From the NCBI GenBank assembly GCA_964626665.1, contig CAZVGK010000026.1:1-50999 (forward strand): a DNA stretch of 50,999 nucleotides. Direction: 5' to 3'. This document shows positions 47,481 to 50,999 of the stretch, piece by piece. Under the pieces are notes generated by a model that saw nothing but the letters and a program-made list of their open reading frames with translations, made no database searches and was not told where the DNA came from. The translations under genes were made by a program, and so were the position numbers. Source of the stretch: an uncultured Gemmatimonadota bacterium. GTDB lineage: Bacteria; SM23-81; DAOVCL01. Every line of letters begins with the position of its first letter. The stretch's first letter is position 1.

Positions 47481-47871
47481 CCTCCTCCACCTTGGATTTT
47501 TCCTTGCTGAGATGCTTAGCGACCAACTGAACTAAGTCTTCCATCTCAAAGGGCTTGGTTACATATTCGTCCGCTCCGGTTTCTTTCCCGATGTTCTTAT
47601 CTTTTTCCTGAGCTCTGGCGGTTAGCATTATGATGGGGATTCCCCTGTATTTGACATCAAATTTTAGAAGCCGGCTGACCTTGTACCCGTTAATTTTGGG
47701 CATCATTATGTCCAGTATGATCAAGTCCAGCTTCTCACCTTTGGCTTTGTCCAAAGCTTCCTGCCCGTCAGAGGCAGTAAGACACTCATATCCCTCTTTC
47801 TCCAAAGTGAACTGCAACGAGGTGACAATGTCCTCTTCGTCATCTGCAATTAATATTCTTTTTTGCTCCAT
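47455..47871 (-). CDS. Single-domain response regulator
   Basis: ILIADDE, ILDIMMPKING, MLTA and GADEYVTKPF. Its 3' end overlaps the pilC start. Confidence 0.93.
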   Translation of the reverse strand: MEQKRILIADDEEDIVTSLQFTLEKEGYECLTASDGQEALDKAKGEKLDLIILDIMMPKINGYKVSRLLKFDVKYRGIPIIMLTARAQEKDKNIGKETGADEYVTKPFEMEDLVQLVAKHLSKEKSKVEEDANLHIQS

Positions 47872-48184
47872 TTCTCACCTCCGTCAGTGATTAATTAGGA
47901 CGCAGATTTTCGCCGATAATCGCAGAAAAGATATTTAAAATCTTGACAATCTGCGTTCACCCCGTTAGATAGGATGTTAAAACTAATTAAATTTGATGAA
48001 AGACCTAATCTAATTATCTAACGGGGTTTATCTGCGTCCGAAAAATGGAAATTCTTATGCTTTGAACTTAGCGCACCTGCGGTGCGGGCTTTATGGGACG
48101 CAGATTAACGCAGATCATAAGGATTTATAAAGGTTCTGTGCTGGTAGGGCTCCTTCCTTACCAGAGCTTTGTAGGGACAGACCT

Positions 48185-50497
48185 TCAGGTCTGTCCGCTC
48201 TCCTTAGAAATCCTTTGTCCTACTGCCAGGTTCGGAAAGTAGCTGGAACGCTCAGCCCTCTGTCTTAACTCTTTGGCATTGCGAGCATCATCTGGATAGC
48301 TGGCTATTCCCAGGGAGAGTTCAAGTTCCGTAAGTCCGCCGTCAATTGAGAAATCATGGCTCAATACATTTTCTTTCAATCTCTTGCAGACTGCAAGAGC
48401 TCCTTCTTTTGGGGTGTTCTCCAAAACTATAAATACTCGACCTGACTTCTTATCAGGCTGGACATGGTCACTGGACTTGAACAAAGTTTTTTGGGCAAGC
48501 TCAACCATCGCTTCAAATACTTTTCTTTTCCTCTCAGTTCCCAATTTGCCCTTAATCACCTCAAGGTGCTTTACTTTAAGCACCACAAGGGAAAGACACG
48601 GGGAAGCCGATTTTGCTTGATTGATTATACTGCTCAAATGATGCTCGAAACACTGCATTTTCTGAAGTAGAGGCAAAACAAATACAAATCTGCTGCCTTT
48701 GTTCAGCTTGCTCTCCGCCCAGATTCCCCCCCCATGTGCTTCCACCAATTTCTTGCAGATGGGAAGCCCCAGGCCAGTTCCAGTCACCTTTCGGCTCAAT
48801 GAATTCTCCACTTGATAGAATTTGTCAAACACTCGCTCTAACTCGTCAGAGGGAATGCCAGCGCCAGTATCCTTGACTTCCACCTTGACAAAATCTTGAT
48901 GTGGAAGAGAGAGTATGGCAGGAATAGGCGATTTGGATTTGTTAATCGAGGTTGCTTTAATACAAATTTCCCCTCTCTCTGGAGTGTGTTTAACAGCATT
49001 GCTCAACAGATTCGACAACACTTGAACCAGTTTATCTGCATCTCCCAGGATCTGTGGGAGATCTGCTGAGAGTTCCTTTTTTAACTGGATCGATTTTTCT
49101 TTTGCATTTAGCGCAAATGTGGAGATGGTCCCGTCTATTATCTGCGATAGATTCACCTCCTCCAACCTTAAATCCATCTTGCCCGCTTCCATCTTAGAGA
49201 TATCCAGAAAGTCGTTGATGATGCGGGTGAGCCGATTTACATTGCGGGAAGCCATAGAGAGAAATTTACCTTGATTCTCATTTATTTCTCCAGTTTTCCC
49301 GCTTGAGAGAATATCTACTGCATTTTTGATGGAGGTCAGAGGGGTTCTCAACTCATGCGAAGCAACAGAGATAAATTCAGATTTCAGGTTATCCAGCCTC
49401 TTTTCTTCGGTGACATCGCGTAAGGAGACCACAAAACCCGTGAACGCTTCCTCTACTCTCTTTATGGGTGAGACCAAAGCTTCGTAGGTATGGGAAAATC
49501 TTTCAATTTCCTTTTGGACAAAGTTCCCTTCTCCTTTGCCAAACAGTTCTTTCAATTCCCTAAAATCCACGCCCAAAATGCTCTGTAGCATTTTGGCATC
49601 TGGATGTGAAGCTGAATCACCTGAGTTTATAATCGAAAGTGCACTGGGGTTTACAATCGCCACCTCGAGGTTTCCGTCGAGCATTATCACCCCGTCAGTT
49701 ATGCTTTCCACCAGCTTGCAAGACTGCTCGTGACTATCTCGCAGCAGTTGTTCGGCCCGCTTGCGCTCGGTGATGTCGCGCAGCGATGCCAGGTAAGCAG
49801 TTTTGCCCTCCCACTCAGTTTCCACCACACGCATTTCGGCCACGGCTGTTTCTCTATCTCGGCGAACAATATCAAGCTCTGTTGTTTCACCTGCTACAAC
49901 AGGGAAGCCGAACTGTTTACCCAAGAGGTCCTTTGCCTTGCGAGCAAAGAGGGATTCCGCAGCCGGGTTGACAAAACGCATTATTCCCCTTTGGCCGATA
50001 ACAATAATGCCATCGGCGCTGGCGGTTATGACCTTACGGAAGTTTGCTCTATCCTGCAGTGCCTCCATCCGCTCCGCCCGCTTACGCTCGGTGAGGTCTG
50101 CCACTATTTCTATGAAGCCGACTACCTTTCTATTCTTATCCTTGGTCAGGGTGAATAGAATTTGAGCCGGGAATCTTTCGCCACTCTTCCTGACCTTTTC
50201 TCCTTCATAAGAGAACCTCCCTTTATCTATGAGGTCGTCAATTATCTCCTGCAATTTTCCGTCTTCAATAAAGTCTTCGGGGAAGAATATCTCTATATCT
50301 TGTTTGCCGATAATCTCTTCCGGACCATAGCCATACATCTGACGGGCACCTTCGTTAAAGGCAATGATATTACCATTGAAGTCGGCAGCAATGATGGCGT
50401 AGCCGATAAGACTCTCTAGGAGTGCGTCGACAACGTCCGTATTCTCTCGGAGTTCTTCTATCCTGTCCCGAATCAATTGCTGGCTAGTGATGCTCAT
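48185..50497 (-). CDS. Cytoplasmic multi-PAS histidine kinase with degenerate C-terminal GGDEF-like domain
   Basis: Three PAS-like segments, H-box ASHELRTPLTSI, N box NLLSNAVK, DTGAGI and GTGLGL. Tail ends LSLGIASYPDDA...EL but lacks the GGDEF motif. No TM segment. Confidence 0.92.
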   Translation of the reverse strand: MSITSQQLIRDRIEELRENTDVVDALLESLIGYAIIAADFNGNIIAFNEGARQMYGYGPEEIIGKQDIEIFFPEDFIEDGKLQEIIDDLIDKGRFSYEGEKVRKSGERFPAQILFTLTKDKNRKVVGFIEIVADLTERKRAERMEALQDRANFRKVITASADGIIVIGQRGIMRFVNPAAESLFARKAKDLLGKQFGFPVVAGETTELDIVRRDRETAVAEMRVVETEWEGKTAYLASLRDITERKRAEQLLRDSHEQSCKLVESITDGVIMLDGNLEVAIVNPSALSIINSGDSASHPDAKMLQSILGVDFRELKELFGKGEGNFVQKEIERFSHTYEALVSPIKRVEEAFTGFVVSLRDVTEEKRLDNLKSEFISVASHELRTPLTSIKNAVDILSSGKTGEINENQGKFLSMASRNVNRLTRIINDFLDISKMEAGKMDLRLEEVNLSQIIDGTISTFALNAKEKSIQLKKELSADLPQILGDADKLVQVLSNLLSNAVKHTPERGEICIKATSINKSKSPIPAILSLPHQDFVKVEVKDTGAGIPSDELERVFDKFYQVENSLSRKVTGTGLGLPICKKLVEAHGGGIWAESKLNKGSRFVFVLPLLQKMQCFEHHLSSIINQAKSASPCLSLVVLKVKHLEVIKGKLGTERKRKVFEAMVELAQKTLFKSSDHVQPDKKSGRVFIVLENTPKEGALAVCKRLKENVLSHDFSIDGGLTELELSLGIASYPDDARNAKELRQRAERSSYFPNLAVGQRISKESGQT

Positions 50498-50615
50498 TAG
50501 CCTTCAAATCTCCTTGTCTTCTCTGCTAATAGCTCTTGCAAACACCTTACCCCTCTTCTACCTTATTTTCAGTGTTGTCCGGCACGTTCGTCACTCTCCT
50601 CATCCCCTTCTTTAC

Positions 50616-50999
50616 TCACTCCCCTACATTCTCTTCCTCAAACAACTCACTAATTCGCCCCAGCTCACCTTGCTGGATTCTCGTCGGGCTGCCTGATATG
50701 ATGCCGGTAATATCGCGGAAAGGTTTGCCAATATGCATGCCCGTACTGTCGATGGTATATTCGCGGATGTCCTTGTCGTGCATGGAGCCGCGCATCTTGA
50801 GCACGGTCAGCCCCCGGCGCATTTCCCCGTACATTTCCACGTACCGTAACAGAATAATGGAGTCGGTAATGGTGGAAATATGCGTCTCGGTGATTGAGGT
50901 TCCGCCCATCAGGCTGGGTGTGGTGGCGGTGAAAAATCCGGCAACCTCTCCATGCTTGATGAAGGAGGTCAGGCCGATGACAAATTCACGGAAACCCTT
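50616..50999 (-). CDS. kaiC: Circadian clock protein KaiC, C-terminal part (5' end outside the window)
   Basis: Frame open from 50999: FREFVIGLTSFIK...MGGTSITETHISTITDSIILLRYVE...KMRGSMHDKDIRE...IISGSPTRI. This matches the CII end of cyanobacterial KaiC as I recall it. Confidence 0.92.
   Translation of the reverse strand, partial: KGFREFVIGLTSFIKHGEVAGFFTATTPSLMGGTSITETHISTITDSIILLRYVEMYGEMRRGLTVLKMRGSMHDKDIREYTIDSTGMHIGKPFRDITGIISGSPTRIQQGELGRISELFEEENVGE

Noticed and set aside
50498-50615. Possible kaiB between kaiC and the kinase
   Set aside because: Only ORFs under 20 codons, with no KaiB similarity.

Overview
Bacterial chromosomal window from a diderm organism. Outer-membrane barrels, a T9SS-type/FlgD C-terminal sorting domain and lgt suggest an FCB-group candidate lineage (inference only). 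From left to right: (1) a TPR-rich gene running off the left edge, preceded by a small signal-peptide ORF; (2) a minus-strand envelope/housekeeping block: comF, lgt, NSS transporter plus MetS-type small subunit, pgpA, pgsA, two beta-barrel/ComEA-HhH fusion genes and nagZ; (3) an accessory block: LRR-Roc-COR-2TM Roco protein, SEC-C protein, ECF sigma factor with a soluble repeat protein, OMP barrel and a secreted CTD protein; (4) ABC-class ATPase, then rpmE-thyX-DUF1385-prfA; (5) about 25 kb of signalling and pilus genes: PilZ-sigma54 activator, STAS and RsbW-STAS partner-switching genes, galT, an orphan secretin fragment, four paralogous receiver proteins (two HD-GYP), HDOD, a type IV pilus/MSHA-like assembly operon, a single-domain receiver, a PAS histidine kinase with degenerate GGDEF, and the 3' end of a cyanobacterial-like kaiC at the right edge. 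Intergenic DNA is filled with several families of REP/MITE-like palindromic repeats, some nested. I saw no rRNA, tRNA, CRISPR array or transposase. All calls come from motif recognition by eye, with no database search.
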